A stretch of DNA of 64,000 nucleotides from Myxococcales bacterium (GCA_037441385.1 JBBISH010000007.1:34963-98962); one strand, 5' to 3'; shown: positions 47,480-58,262, counted from the first letter of the stretch. Numbers and translations: made by a program. Notes: generated from the sequence alone by a model not told the origin.

Positions 47480-48876
47480 TGGTTCTTTTGGTGTGCGCCG
47501 TGGGATTCGTCGGCTGCAGCGACACCAACACGAGCGGCAATTCGTCCAACGCGGCCGGCGGCGATGCCAGTTCCGACGTGTCGTTTGGCTCGGGCCACGA
47601 CGGCAGCGGCCTTGGCGACGCAACCACCGACAGCGACATCACTTTGACCGCCGACACCGCCAACGACACGGCTGGCGAGAGCGACAGCGGCGGCGGCGCC
47701 GACAGCCAGACCACCGACACCAAGAGCGGCTTCAACTACGAGTGCAAGCCGCTGACCATCGAGTCGTGCGTCACCGCGTGCGGCTCGGCGGGGCTTCGCA
47801 AGTGCTTGAAAGAATGGGGACCGTGCTTTCCGCCCGATGAGTTCTGCGGCAACTGCGTCGACGACAACTGCGACGGTCTGATCAACGAAGGTTGCCCGCC
47901 CAACCCGGCCTGTTCGCCGACCAAGCAGCCCTGCCCAGTCGCCAAAATCCAAATCACAGAGGGCGTTAGCGTCAACGCCGGGACGACCCTGCACCTGTCC
48001 GCCGACGGCTCATTTGGCCAGGGCACGGCCAAGGTGACCAAGTGGTCGTGGAGCGTGCAGGCCCCAGCAGGTGCCGCAGGCAACTTTGCCCCCACTGCGA
48101 CCAGCGCCAGCGTCACGTTTGTGGCCGATGTCGCCGGCCAATACCTATTCCAATTGCAGGTTTGGGACGACGCCGGTGTAGCCAGCTGTGTACCGGCCGT
48201 CACCAGCGTGAGCGCCGCAGTCTACCCGCCCCAAAAGGCCGAGGTGGGCTGCGCCGACGGCACCCGCGAAGGCTTCTTGGACGAGGCCGCGTGGCCGCAA
48301 ATCGCAGCCTGCGCCGGTGCTTGGGAAAAGCCGGGCGTCACGCCAGACAGCGTGGTCCCCACCTGCAACCACCAAGGCGGCAACAGCGGCAGCAAGGCCG
48401 ACGGTTCGGGGTGCGCCGCACCGGATCTGTGCTCGGCGGGCTGGCACATCTGCAAGACCTGGCAAGAAGTCGCCCAGAAGTCGCCCACCGGCTGCGCAGG
48501 CGCCACGCCCGCCGACGCCAAGCCCAAGTCGCTGTTCTTTGCCATCCGCCAACCCAGCTTCAACGGCAGCGTGTGCGGCAACTGGGGCGACGGCTTCAAC
48601 GACGTGTTCGGCTGTGGCAACCTGGGCACGGCGCTGCAGGCCGACAAGAAATGTGGCCCGTTGGACCGCGTAATGGCCAGCACCAAGCCCAACTCGTGTG
48701 GCTTCAACGAAGCCGAGCCCAACCTTGGGCCGTGGCAGTGCCTGGGCAGCGGCGCCAGTGACCTGAACGAAGGCGCGAACGTGACCAAGAAGGCCTGCCA
48801 AAACCAAACGTGCCAGTACGATGGCGCGCCCATCGGCCCCGCCGACAAGGGCGGCGTCCTTTGCTGCCACGACTGA
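47467..48876 (+). CDS. Cys-rich lipoprotein with a PKD-like domain
   Basis: Lipobox FVGC; DDNCDGLINEGC; PKD-like TLHLSADGS...KWSWSV...AGQYLFQLQVWD; C-terminal GCADGTREG...GGVLCC domain. Overlaps the upstream gene end. Confidence 0.78.
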   Translation: MRTLMVLLVCAVGFVGCSDTNTSGNSSNAAGGDASSDVSFGSGHDGSGLGDATTDSDITLTADTANDTAGESDSGGGADSQTTDTKSGFNYECKPLTIESCVTACGSAGLRKCLKEWGPCFPPDEFCGNCVDDNCDGLINEGCPPNPACSPTKQPCPVAKIQITEGVSVNAGTTLHLSADGSFGQGTAKVTKWSWSVQAPAGAAGNFAPTATSASVTFVADVAGQYLFQLQVWDDAGVASCVPAVTSVSAAVYPPQKAEVGCADGTREGFLDEAAWPQIAACAGAWEKPGVTPDSVVPTCNHQGGNSGSKADGSGCAAPDLCSAGWHICKTWQEVAQKSPTGCAGATPADAKPKSLFFAIRQPSFNGSVCGNWGDGFNDVFGCGNLGTALQADKKCGPLDRVMASTKPNSCGFNEAEPNLGPWQCLGSGASDLNEGANVTKKACQNQTCQYDGAPIGPADKGGVLCCHD

Positions 48877-48957
48877 TGCGAACCCCACGTGCATTCACGC
48901 CTGCACGGCTTCCGTGACCCGCTCTGCAATCTGCGAAAATCAGGTGGGGTGCGCATA
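48876..48957 (+). repeat. Repeat family A, short copy with terminal inverted repeats
   Basis: ATGCGAACCCCAC...AAATCAGGTGGGGTGCGCAT. Confidence 0.8.
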
Positions 48958-48968
48958 AGGCTCTGTAA

Positions 48969-49102
48969 TACCAGTTCCGTCCGGATCGGATTGAAAAATC
49001 GGGCAATTCTCCGGGTTCGAACCGGGGTCCCCGCCTGATTCTCGCCAGTTGCACAACGGGCCAGAAAAAGCGTATAGGCGTGAATCAGGTGGGGTGCGTA
49101 TA
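48969..49102 (-). repeat. Repeat family A, long copy in reverse orientation
   Basis: Reverse complement TATACGCACCCCACCTGATTCACGCC...GAGAATCAGGCGGGGACCCCGGTTCG...GGACGGAACTGGTA. Confidence 0.85.
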
Positions 49103-49271
49103 GTGAGTTAACTTGAGCATTTCGGCTGCTGGGTGGGCCGCAAGCTCACGGCCTTTGGGCCGATTCGCCGCGGCGGCGTTCGGAAGTGATCGACTTGTTT
49201 CGAGAAAGACCCTAAGCATGCTCTTAGCCTCTCTTCATGCGGTTCCGCGGGGGCCCAGGCACTCTGTGCTG

Positions 49272-50489
49272 GTGAAAACGGTCCTCCCCATCGCCGTTTT
49301 GTTCCTCGCGTTTGCACCAACCATGGCTGTAGCGCTGAGCTTTGACCAAGCTCTGGTGCGCGCGGCGGGAGCGCCAGCTGTCCAAGCCGTAGAGGCCGCG
49401 CTGCTCGCGCGCCAGCAAGGCGACCGCCAGATTGCCCGGCAGACCCACAACCCCGAGATCAGCGCTGCGCTGGGTCCAAGCCTGCCGGGGCCCAGCGTGT
49501 CCCTGCTCTTGGGTGCGGCCCAAAGTTGGAGCTTGACGGACCTGGGCTCGGCCCGCCGCGCAGCCGCCGACCGCGAACGAGCCGTGCTGGCCAACGCCGT
49601 GCGCCAACAACTGCTGCAAGCGAACCTAGAGGTGGCCGACGCCTGGATCCGAACGCGTTCGGCCCAGGACCAACTGCAGCTCGCCGAGACGGAAGTCCAG
49701 ACCGCGACAGACTTGGCCAACGCCGTGACCCAGGCTGCAGCGCGCGGCGCAGTGCTGGCGGCAGACGCGGCAGAGGCCAAATGGTTTGCCGCCGAGGCGC
49801 GTCTGCTGGCGCTGAGCTTGGAGGGCCAACTTCGCGAGGCGGCTGGGCACCTGGCCCGCACCGCCAAGCTGGCGCCCGAGCCGCCGCCGCGCGCCGATGG
49901 CGACCTGCCCCGCCCGCAGCTGCCCCCAGACGCCGCGGCATGGCGGCAGCGCAGCGCCGGCGTGGCCCAGCTCCCCGAGGTCGAGACTCTGCGCCTGCAG
50001 GCCATCGCCGACCGCGCACGCGCGGCTGAGGTGGCCGCAACCCATGGCTCTTCGGCAGCTTTTGGCGGCCAGCTCCAAGTCGATCCCAGTGGAGGGCTGG
50101 CCATCTTGGCGACGGTGGGCCTGCGCTGGTCAGCCTTCGATCGCGGCGAACGCGCGCAGTCCAAGGAATTCGAGGCAGCCGCGCGCAGCGATGGCGAAAG
50201 TCGCGCTGCGGGGCATCGCCTGGAGCACGAGCTCACCTTGGTGTGGCACGACATCGAGCACACCCGCGAAACGGAAGCACTTTTGTCAGCGGACGTGTTG
50301 CCCGCGGTCGATGCCCTGGTCCAGGCGCGCCAGGCCGCTCTGACCCGCGGGGCGGGCACGGTGGTCGACGTGATTCGTGCCCGCCGTGCGCGTATCGAGG
50401 TCCAGCGGCGGTTGGCCCAAGTGCGCGGCGAGCGGTTGTGGGCCGAGGTGCGCGGTTGGCTGCTGCTCGGCGCCATGGAGTCGAAATGA
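49272..50489 (+). CDS. czcC: TolC-family outer-membrane efflux protein (CzcC-like)
   Basis: Signal peptide, LSFDQAL, NPEI and helical OEP pattern; first gene of the RND operon. Start uncertain. Confidence 0.7.
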   Translation: MKTVLPIAVLFLAFAPTMAVALSFDQALVRAAGAPAVQAVEAALLARQQGDRQIARQTHNPEISAALGPSLPGPSVSLLLGAAQSWSLTDLGSARRAAADRERAVLANAVRQQLLQANLEVADAWIRTRSAQDQLQLAETEVQTATDLANAVTQAAARGAVLAADAAEAKWFAAEARLLALSLEGQLREAAGHLARTAKLAPEPPPRADGDLPRPQLPPDAAAWRQRSAGVAQLPEVETLRLQAIADRARAAEVAATHGSSAAFGGQLQVDPSGGLAILATVGLRWSAFDRGERAQSKEFEAAARSDGESRAAGHRLEHELTLVWHDIEHTRETEALLSADVLPAVDALVQARQAALTRGAGTVVDVIRARRARIEVQRRLAQVRGERLWAEVRGWLLLGAMESK

Positions 50490-51601
50490 TTGCGAAGAAG
50501 CCGTCTTGGCGGCCATCGCTCGCCGCCGTCTTGACCGGGCTGGCGGCGTGGGCCGCGCAAGGCTGCGGAAAGGCGGCCGAGCCGCCGCCCGTGGTTTCCG
50601 CCGAGGCGCCGACGGGCGTGGCCAGCGCGGCTGTCCGCTGGGTGCCGGCGCGCCCAGCCAACGACATGAGCCTGTTCGATGTGCCCGCAGTGGTGCGATC
50701 ATCGCCGCAGTCGATGGCGGTGATCACGCCCCCGGTGCGGGCGCGGTTGCTGGACATGCCCGTGCAGGCTGGCGATCACGTCACCGCCGGGCAGGTTATC
50801 GCGCTGGTGCAGTTGCCCGAGCTGGTCCAGGCGGCCGCCACGTTGCGCAGCTGTGCAGAGCGCATGGCGGCCTACAAACGCTGGCTGGCCGAGCTGCGCA
50901 CGCAGCGATCTCTAGGTATGGCCAAGAGTTCGGACGTGTTCGACGTAGAGAGCAGGCTGGCCGACCTGGTCGCGGTTCAGGCCGCCGCAGAGGCTCAGTT
51001 CAAGGCCGCGGGGCTGAGCTTGGCCGACGCGCACCGGCTGGGTCGCGACGGTTCGTGGCCGCTGCGCTCGCCCAGCGACGGCGTGGTGCACAGCGTAGAG
51101 GGTGCCATTGGCGGCGTGGTCGAACCCGGCACGGCCCTGGCGCGCATCGTGACGACCCAGGCGGGACGCGTGGAAGTGCGGCTGGTTCAAGCCCTTCCCG
51201 ACCATGGCCAGCTGCAATTCGTCGCGGCCGATGGCACTGCCGTGGACCTCCAGGCTGCCCCCACCGCCACGGCCGTGGACCCCGCCGACGGCGCACTGTT
51301 GGCCTGGTACGAGCCCAAGCAACCGCAACCCCTGCCATCGGGCCTGCGCGGCCGCCTGCGAGTCGCCGGGCTGCCTGGTCACGTGGTCCAGATTCCCACG
51401 CGCGCCCTGCTCCGCCGCGACGCCAAGGCCTGGGTCATCACTCAAAACGGGCAAAAGCAAAGTGAACTGGCCGTCACGGTCCTGGCCATTGCGGGCCCGC
51501 TTGCCCTGGTCGAAGGCCTGCCGCCGGGTACGCGCGTGGCCGCCGAAGCCGATCACGCGACCCTGCCCGCCGAAGACACGGCGACCAGAAAAGGCGAATA
51601 G
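50486..51601 (+). CDS. czcB: RND periplasmic adaptor (CzcB-like)
   Basis: Lipoyl halves VQAGDHVTAGQVI and LRSPSDGVV...GGVVEPGTAL; ATGA overlap with czcC. Confidence 0.78.
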   Translation: MIAKKPSWRPSLAAVLTGLAAWAAQGCGKAAEPPPVVSAEAPTGVASAAVRWVPARPANDMSLFDVPAVVRSSPQSMAVITPPVRARLLDMPVQAGDHVTAGQVIALVQLPELVQAAATLRSCAERMAAYKRWLAELRTQRSLGMAKSSDVFDVESRLADLVAVQAAAEAQFKAAGLSLADAHRLGRDGSWPLRSPSDGVVHSVEGAIGGVVEPGTALARIVTTQAGRVEVRLVQALPDHGQLQFVAADGTAVDLQAAPTATAVDPADGALLAWYEPKQPQPLPSGLRGRLRVAGLPGHVVQIPTRALLRRDAKAWVITQNGQKQSELAVTVLAIAGPLALVEGLPPGTRVAAEADHATLPAEDTATRKGE

Positions 51602-54600
51602 ATGGAACGCCTTGTCCTGTTCGCGCTGCACTACCGCGGCATGGTCATCGGTCTGACGGTGGCGGTGCTGGCGGCGGCGCTTTGGTACGGCTTGCGGCTG
51701 CGGCTGGATGCCCTGCCCGACGTGACGAGCAACCAAGTGCTGGTGCTGACGCGCGCTCCCGGCCTGACGCCCGAGGAAGTGGAGCGGCTGGTCACCCGCC
51801 GGGTCGAGACGGCGCTGGGTGGCGTGCCAGGGTTGGCGGGTCAACGCAGCATCTCGCGCTACGGCATTAGCTCGGTAACCGCGCTGTTTCACGACGATGT
51901 GGACGCCTATCGCGCCCGGCAAGTGGTGCAAGAGCGGCTGGCCCTGCTGGGCGACTCGCTGCCGCCAGGGGTCGAGGCGCCGGAGCTGGGGCCGCTGACG
52001 GGCGGTTTGGGCGAAATCTACCACTTTGCCGTGACTTCCAACCTGCACACCGACGCTGAACTGCTGGAGGTGGTGGAGCTGACCATCGCGCCGCTGTTGC
52101 GGGCGGTGCCGGGCGTGGTCGAGGTCAATTCCTGGGGCGGTCGGCAGCGGACCATGGAAGTGGTGGCAAAGCCAGCCGAATTGGCCAGGCGCCACCTGAC
52201 CCTAGAAGACTTGGCCGAAGCGACGCGCCGGGCCATCGGCAGCGCGGCGGGCGCGAGCGTGCCGGCCGGGTCGGCGCAAGTGCTGCTGCGCGGCGTGGCG
52301 TGGCCCAAACAAGCCCACGAGCTGGCCGGGGCGGTGGTGCGCGCCGAACCGGGTCAGCCGGCCGTGCGCATCGCCGACGTGGCCGAGGTACGCGAAGGAG
52401 CCCTGCCGCGGATCGGAACGGCCACATGGTCGGGCCGCGGCGAGACCGTGTACGTGATGGTTCAGATGCTGCGCGACGAGAACGCGCTGGTGGTCATGCG
52501 CAACATCTTGAAGACCATGCCATCGGTAGCGCGCGCCGTGCCAGAAGGCGTGAAGCTTTCGCTGATCTACGACCGCAGCGACTTGGTCAACCGCACCTTG
52601 CGCACGGTGGGCGCCAACTTGGCCGAAGGCGGCCTGCTCGTGGTGGCGGTGCTGTTCCTGCTGCTGGGCAGCCTGCGGGCCGGCGTGCTGGTGGCGCTGG
52701 TGATCCCGATGTCGATGATCGGCGCCTCTGCCGCGATGGTCTATTTTGGCGTGGCCGGCAACTTGATGAGCCTGGGCGCGCTGGACTTTGGCCTGCTGGT
52801 CGACGGTGCGGTGGTGATGGTCGAAGGCCTGTTCCATGCGCTGAAACCGCATGGGCACGACGACGAGGCGCATGTCGACGTGCACGAGCCCGTGTTTGCG
52901 CGCATGGAGGCGATGGCGACGCGGCTGGCCCGGCCCGTGTTCTACTCCGTGCTTGTGATCATCTTGGTTTACGTGCCGATCCTGTCGCTGCAGGGCGTGG
53001 ACGGCAAGATGTTCCGGCCGATGGCGCTGACCGTGATCTTTGCCCTGGTCAGCTCGCTGGTGCTGGCCATGACGTTTGTGCCGGCGCTGGCTTCGTGGAT
53101 CTTGCGCCCCCGCGATGTGCCCAACCGGCCGCCGCCGCTGATCCGTTTGGCCGAGTTCATCTATCGACCCGTGCTGGCCTGGGCTTTGCGGCGACCGTGG
53201 CAGGTTCTGATTTCGGCCCTAATTTTGCTGACTTTGGGCGGTTGGCTTTTCGGCCGCGCCGGCACCAGCTTTGTGCCTCAACTCGACGAGGGCGACCTGG
53301 TGGTCCAGTCGACCCGCGCCCCCGACATCTCGATCGAGGCCGCCGCCGACGACGCCATGCGCCTGGAAAAAGTCCTGATGCAGGTTCCCGAAGTGGTGCA
53401 AGTGGTTTCGCGCGTGGGCAGCCCTGCCGTGGCCACCGACATCATGGGCCTGGAACAGGCCGACGTCTTTGTCAAACTCAAGCCGCGCGCCGAATGGCGG
53501 CCCGGCCTGGACCGCGAAGCCCTGATTGCGCAACTGGAAGCCTTGGCCAAGAAGCGCGACCCCAGCAACGAGGCCAGCTTCACCCAGCCCATCCAAATGC
53601 GTTTCAACGAGCTGGTGGGCGGGTCGGTCACCGACGTCGACGCCTCGGTGTATGGCGAGGACCTGGCGCAACTGCGCGAGCTTGCCGAGAAAGTGCGCAC
53701 AGCCATCACCGGCATTCCCGGCGCCGAGGACGTGAAAATCCTGGCGCCGCCGGCGGTCGATCTGCTGGAAGTGCAGCCCAAAGCACTGGAGGCCGCGCAA
53801 TGGGGGCTGTCGTCGCGCGAAGTGCTCGACGCGGTGGCGGCCGTGCGGACCGGCGTGGATGTGGGCATCACCTACGATGGTCCCGTGCGCATTCCGGTGC
53901 GTTTGCGCCTGAACGAGCAAGCGAGCGCTTTTACGATGGCCAGCGCGCAACTGCCCACGCGTTCGGGTCAATTGATCGAACTGGAGCGGGTCGCCCGGGT
54001 GGAAAGCCGCGAGACGCCGGGCGCCGTGCAACGCGAGGCCGGCCAGCGCCGGTTGGTGGTCGGCTTCAACGTGCGCGGCGGCGACCTGGGCGAAGTCGTC
54101 GCGGCGGCGCAGGCCAAGGTCGACAAGGCCGTCAAGTTCCCCAACGGCTTCCGGATTCACTGGGGCGGCCAGTTCGAGACCTTTACCGCTGCCCGCGCGC
54201 GCATGGCCGTGGTCATCCCGGTGGTGCTCGTCGGCATCCTGCTCATCCTGCTGTGGACGTTTGGCAAGGTCGCTCCAGCGTTGCTGATTCTGCTCAACGT
54301 GCCGTTTGCCGCGGTGGGCGGCGTGGTGGCCCTGACACTCCGTGAGTTGCCGATCTCGATGTCGGCGGCGGTGGGCTTCATCGCCTTGTCGGGCATTGCC
54401 GTGCTGAACGGCGTGGTGCTGATGTCGACCATGCTCGAAATGCGAAGCGACGGCATGAACTGGCCGGAAGTCGCCGAGCACTCGGCCAAGCAGCGCATGC
54501 GGCCCGTGCTGATGACGGCGCTGGTGGCGATGCTGGGCTTTGTCCCCATGATGATGGCCACGGGCGCCGGCGCTGAGGTGCAGCGGCCGCTAGCGACGGT

Positions 54601-54751
54601 GGTGGTGGGCGGTCTGGTGACGTCGACGGCGCTGACCTTGGTGGTGCTGCCGTCGCTGGTCAGCTGGTTTGGCCAGCGCGGCCAAGGCAAGCGGAAGGCC
54701 GGCACAGGGGCGCCCGCAAGCGAAGAACCGGCAGACGAAGTGCCCGGCTAG
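51602..54751 (+). CDS. czcA: Heavy-metal efflux RND transporter, CzcA type
   Basis: DALPDVT, GPLTGGLGEI, TM4 SLGALDFGLLVDGAVVMVE (DFG indicates divalent-cation type), FTQPIQMRFNEL, RMRPVLMTA and GAEVQRPLA. Confidence 0.9.
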   Translation: MERLVLFALHYRGMVIGLTVAVLAAALWYGLRLRLDALPDVTSNQVLVLTRAPGLTPEEVERLVTRRVETALGGVPGLAGQRSISRYGISSVTALFHDDVDAYRARQVVQERLALLGDSLPPGVEAPELGPLTGGLGEIYHFAVTSNLHTDAELLEVVELTIAPLLRAVPGVVEVNSWGGRQRTMEVVAKPAELARRHLTLEDLAEATRRAIGSAAGASVPAGSAQVLLRGVAWPKQAHELAGAVVRAEPGQPAVRIADVAEVREGALPRIGTATWSGRGETVYVMVQMLRDENALVVMRNILKTMPSVARAVPEGVKLSLIYDRSDLVNRTLRTVGANLAEGGLLVVAVLFLLLGSLRAGVLVALVIPMSMIGASAAMVYFGVAGNLMSLGALDFGLLVDGAVVMVEGLFHALKPHGHDDEAHVDVHEPVFARMEAMATRLARPVFYSVLVIILVYVPILSLQGVDGKMFRPMALTVIFALVSSLVLAMTFVPALASWILRPRDVPNRPPPLIRLAEFIYRPVLAWALRRPWQVLISALILLTLGGWLFGRAGTSFVPQLDEGDLVVQSTRAPDISIEAAADDAMRLEKVLMQVPEVVQVVSRVGSPAVATDIMGLEQADVFVKLKPRAEWRPGLDREALIAQLEALAKKRDPSNEASFTQPIQMRFNELVGGSVTDVDASVYGEDLAQLRELAEKVRTAITGIPGAEDVKILAPPAVDLLEVQPKALEAAQWGLSSREVLDAVAAVRTGVDVGITYDGPVRIPVRLRLNEQASAFTMASAQLPTRSGQLIELERVARVESRETPGAVQREAGQRRLVVGFNVRGGDLGEVVAAAQAKVDKAVKFPNGFRIHWGGQFETFTAARARMAVVIPVVLVGILLILLWTFGKVAPALLILLNVPFAAVGGVVALTLRELPISMSAAVGFIALSGIAVLNGVVLMSTMLEMRSDGMNWPEVAEHSAKQRMRPVLMTALVAMLGFVPMMMATGAGAEVQRPLATVVVGGLVTSTALTLVVLPSLVSWFGQRGQGKRKAGTGAPASEEPADEVPG

Positions 54752-54905
54752 CCCGATGCGGAACCGGAGCCGGATCTCGGATCCCAAGACGGATTCCGCG
54801 CTGCCCTTGACAGATCGGCACCGCGAATTTTCTTGCGCCGGCTCGCTGCTCGACCGGGACGGCGGCGCGAGTCCACCCACGACACTCCGAACTGCGAGGT
54901 AACCC

Positions 54906-56873
54906 ATGTCCGAGACGAGGCAATTCCAGGCTTACACCAAGAAGCTCCTTGACCTGATGATCCACAGCATCTACGCGCACAAAGACGTATTCGTGCGCGA
55001 GCTGATCAGCAATGCTTCGGACGCCATCGACAAAGTGCGCTTCGAGGCGTTGACCAACCCCGACCTGCTCGAAGGCGATGGCGACTTCAAGATCCGCCTG
55101 ATTCCGAGCGAGCAGGAGCACACGCTGACCATCAGCGACAACGGCATCGGCATGACCTACGACGAGGTCATCGAGCACATCGGCACGATCGCCCGCTCGG
55201 GCTCGGAGCAATTCGCCGAGCGCCTGAAGACCGCCGGCAGCGACGCGGCCACTCCGGACTTGATCGGGCAGTTCGGCGTGGGCTTCTACTCGGCGTTCAT
55301 GGTGGCCAAGAGGGTCGAGCTGTGGACCCGCAAGGCCGGCGCCGACCACTCGGTGCACTGGGTCTCGCAAGGCGACGGCGAGTACACGATCGAGAAGCTG
55401 GAAACCGGGCGCCGTGGCACGACCATCACCCTGCATCTGCGGGACAAGGACGCGCCGCGCGCCGAAGACGAAGAAGACGTGGACGAGATCTTCAACCAAG
55501 AGAGCTACACCGACACGTGGACACTGAAGAAGATCGTCAAGAAGTACAGCGACTTCATTGCCTTCCCCATCGTGATGGACACCAAGAAGTGGGAGAAGCC
55601 CAAGGACGCCGATGGCAAGGAAGTCGAGGGCGCCGAGTCGGTCGAGACCACGGTGGAAGAGACGCTGAACAGCGGCAAGGCCCTATGGACGCGGCAGCCG
55701 TCGAGCATCACCAAAGAGGAATACACGGAGTTCTACAAGCACATCTCGCGCGACTGGCAGGAGCCGAGCGAGACGCTGCACTTCCACGTCGAGGGTGCGC
55801 AAGAGTGGACCGGTCTGCTGTTCTTCCCCGAAAAAGCGCCCTTTGACCTGTACTCGCGCGAGCCGCGCCGCGGCCTGCAGCTGTACATCAAGCGGGTGTT
55901 CATCGCCGAGGACGTCAAAGAGCTGGTGCCCGAGCACTTCCGCTTCATCAAGGGCTTGGTCGATTCGGCCGATCTGCCGCTCAACGTCTCGCGCGAGACC
56001 GTGCAGCACGACCGGCTGGTGCCGCTGATCCGCAAGCGCGTGGGCAACAAGCTGCTGGCGCACTGCAAGGAATTGCTGGAAAAGGACCGCCCGCGCTACG
56101 AGAAGCTGTGGGAAGAGTTCGGCATGTGCATCAAAGAAGGCTTCCACTACGAGCCGGCGCAGAAGGACAAGCTGGCCGAGGTGGTGCTGGTCAAGACCAC
56201 CACCCACAGCGGCTGGTCGACCCTGAACGAGGTGGCCGAGCGCAAGAAGGAAGGCCAGACCGCGCTCTACTACCTGACGGGCGACAAGGTCGAGGTGCTG
56301 CAAGGCGCACCGCAGCTGGAAGTCTTCAAGAAGAAGGGCGTGGAAGTGCTGCTGCTGCCCGAAGCGGTCGACGAGATCATGGTGGGCGCGCTCAACAAGT
56401 TCGCCGACCTGGAGCTGAAATCGGCGGCGCGCGGCGAGTTGGACGGCCTACCTGAGACCGAGACCAAGGAAGAAAAGGCCGAGAAGAACAGCAACTTCGC
56501 TCCCCTGACGGCGCGGCTGCTCACGATCCTGGCCGATCAGGTGGCGCAGGTACGGATGTCGGACCGGCTGACGGACAGCGCCGTGTGCCTGGTGGCGGAC
56601 CAGGACGGCATGAGCAGCCAGCTCGAGCGGATGCTGCAGGCGATGGGCCAGCCGGTGCCGCAGCAAAAGCGCATCCTGGAATTGAATCCGGATCACGGGC
56701 TGATCCAGGCCCTGCGCGACCTGGCCGACCGCGACAGCAGCGACGAGCGACTGGCCGAGTACGCCGAGATGCTGATGGATCAGGCCCTGCTGGCCGAAGG
56801 TGCGCCGCTGAAGAACCCGGCGCGGTTTGCCCAGCGCGTGGCGAGCGCGATGGCCGCCGCCGTAGGACACTGA
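54906..56873 (+). CDS. htpG: Hsp90 chaperone HtpG
   Basis: FVRELISNASDA, DNGIGMT, IGQFGVGFYSAF, DLPLNVSRE and ILELNPDH. Confidence 0.96.
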   Translation: MSETRQFQAYTKKLLDLMIHSIYAHKDVFVRELISNASDAIDKVRFEALTNPDLLEGDGDFKIRLIPSEQEHTLTISDNGIGMTYDEVIEHIGTIARSGSEQFAERLKTAGSDAATPDLIGQFGVGFYSAFMVAKRVELWTRKAGADHSVHWVSQGDGEYTIEKLETGRRGTTITLHLRDKDAPRAEDEEDVDEIFNQESYTDTWTLKKIVKKYSDFIAFPIVMDTKKWEKPKDADGKEVEGAESVETTVEETLNSGKALWTRQPSSITKEEYTEFYKHISRDWQEPSETLHFHVEGAQEWTGLLFFPEKAPFDLYSREPRRGLQLYIKRVFIAEDVKELVPEHFRFIKGLVDSADLPLNVSRETVQHDRLVPLIRKRVGNKLLAHCKELLEKDRPRYEKLWEEFGMCIKEGFHYEPAQKDKLAEVVLVKTTTHSGWSTLNEVAERKKEGQTALYYLTGDKVEVLQGAPQLEVFKKKGVEVLLLPEAVDEIMVGALNKFADLELKSAARGELDGLPETETKEEKAEKNSNFAPLTARLLTILADQVAQVRMSDRLTDSAVCLVADQDGMSSQLERMLQAMGQPVPQQKRILELNPDHGLIQALRDLADRDSSDERLAEYAEMLMDQALLAEGAPLKNPARFAQRVASAMAAAVGH

Positions 56874-56903
56874 CGGAACGCGCCGCGATCCGACGGCGAC
56901 CCA

Positions 56904-58262
56904 TCACGCAAGTTCGGCAAAACGAACAACAAATCGAGCGCCACCGCCCTCGGCGGCTTCGACCCAGGCGCGACCGCCGTGGCGCTCGGCGATTTGAGCG
57001 ACGATGGCCAAACCCAGGCCCGAGCCAGCCCGGCGGCGGTCCAAGCGGTAAAACGGCGAGAATACGGACTCGCGGTCCGCTTCGGGCACGCCCGGTCCGC
57101 GATCGCGCACGCTGATCTGCCAACCCGGCTCCAGCGCGGCCACCGCCACATCCACGGCCGTGCCGGCGGGCGCAAAGCCCATGGCGTTGCTGAGCAAATT
57201 GTCCAGAACGCGCCGGAGCGACGCTGAATCGGCGCGCACCGGCAAGGTCGCAGGCGACTGCAGTTGCACGGTCACGTTGCGCTCTTCGGCCGGCCCTTGC
57301 CAGGCCAACACGGCGACGCGGGCCAACGCCACGGCGTCAAAGGCCTCGACGGCAGCCGCCTCGCGCCGCATGGTGGCCAACTTGAGCAGATCGTTGGCCA
57401 ATTTGGCAAGGCGGTCCACCTCCTCGCGGGCGCGCTCCAACGCTTCGCGCAGTTGCTCTGGCGGGCGCTCGCGCCGCAGAGTCACGTCCACGTCGGTGCG
57501 CAACACGGCCAAAGGCGTACGCAATTCGTGGGCCGCGTCGGCCACCAACCGCTGCTGGTCTTCGCGCGCCTGCCGCAGGCGCTGGGTGGCACTCTGGGCC
57601 AGGTCACGCAGTTCGCTCAGAACGTCGCCCGAAGGGTCGGCGGCCGGCACGTGGTCCAGATCGCCCAGATGCAGCCGGCGCAGATGCTGCGCCAATCGCT
57701 CGATGCGCGCGTTCAGCTGACGGGCAAAGCGGATTTGCAGCGTGAACAAGCCAAGCAGCACCATCAGGCCCACCAGCGCCGCCGCCTTGGCGTAGGCGAC
57801 CATGGTGCTGTGCTGCAAGTCCAGGGGTTGCGCCAGCCGGAGCCACCAGACCTTCGCGTCCGGCCCAGGCACGCCCACGACCAGCACCCGCTGCCCGGCC
57901 GGTCCCGGCCCAGGCTCGTCTTGCAGGTGTGGTTCGCCCAGCTGCACTTTGCCAGCCAACTGCGCCGGGACCTGGGCTTGGGCCGGCGTCTTCATGTGGA
58001 GCGCGCCATCCGAGCCGTAGAGGGCGGCCCACGCCGTCATGCCTTGCGCCCCGTGCATCGGCGACAGCGCAACGTGCAGGTGGGCGCCGTCGGGCCGATC
58101 GAACAGCGATACCGACTCCACGGCGGCTTGAGCCAGCAGCGCCCGGTCCACCGACTGCCGCTGCAGCTGGTACAGGCCAAAACCCACGGCAACCAATGCG
58201 GAAACTACCAAGCCGGCCGGCACCACCGCCCCGTTGAGGAGCAGTCGGACCGAAAGTTTCAC
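56904..58262 (-). CDS. Sensor histidine kinase (HAMP-HisKA-HATPase)
   Basis: Two TM segments, ADAAHELRTPL, NLLSNA, DRGPGV and GSGLGLAIV. Confidence 0.92.
   Translation of the reverse strand: MKLSVRLLLNGAVVPAGLVVSALVAVGFGLYQLQRQSVDRALLAQAAVESVSLFDRPDGAHLHVALSPMHGAQGMTAWAALYGSDGALHMKTPAQAQVPAQLAGKVQLGEPHLQDEPGPGPAGQRVLVVGVPGPDAKVWWLRLAQPLDLQHSTMVAYAKAAALVGLMVLLGLFTLQIRFARQLNARIERLAQHLRRLHLGDLDHVPAADPSGDVLSELRDLAQSATQRLRQAREDQQRLVADAAHELRTPLAVLRTDVDVTLRRERPPEQLREALERAREEVDRLAKLANDLLKLATMRREAAAVEAFDAVALARVAVLAWQGPAEERNVTVQLQSPATLPVRADSASLRRVLDNLLSNAMGFAPAGTAVDVAVAALEPGWQISVRDRGPGVPEADRESVFSPFYRLDRRRAGSGLGLAIVAQIAERHGGRAWVEAAEGGGARFVVRFAELA

Noticed and set aside
49010..49035. tRNA T-arm-like GACCCCGGTTCGAACCCGG (minus strand)
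   Set aside because: It lies inside repeat family A, has no acceptor stem, D-arm or anticodon arm around it, and the loop is not conserved in the other copies.
52300..54345. 681-aa alternative-frame ORF within czcA
   Set aside because: R/G/P-rich off-frame product of GC3 bias.
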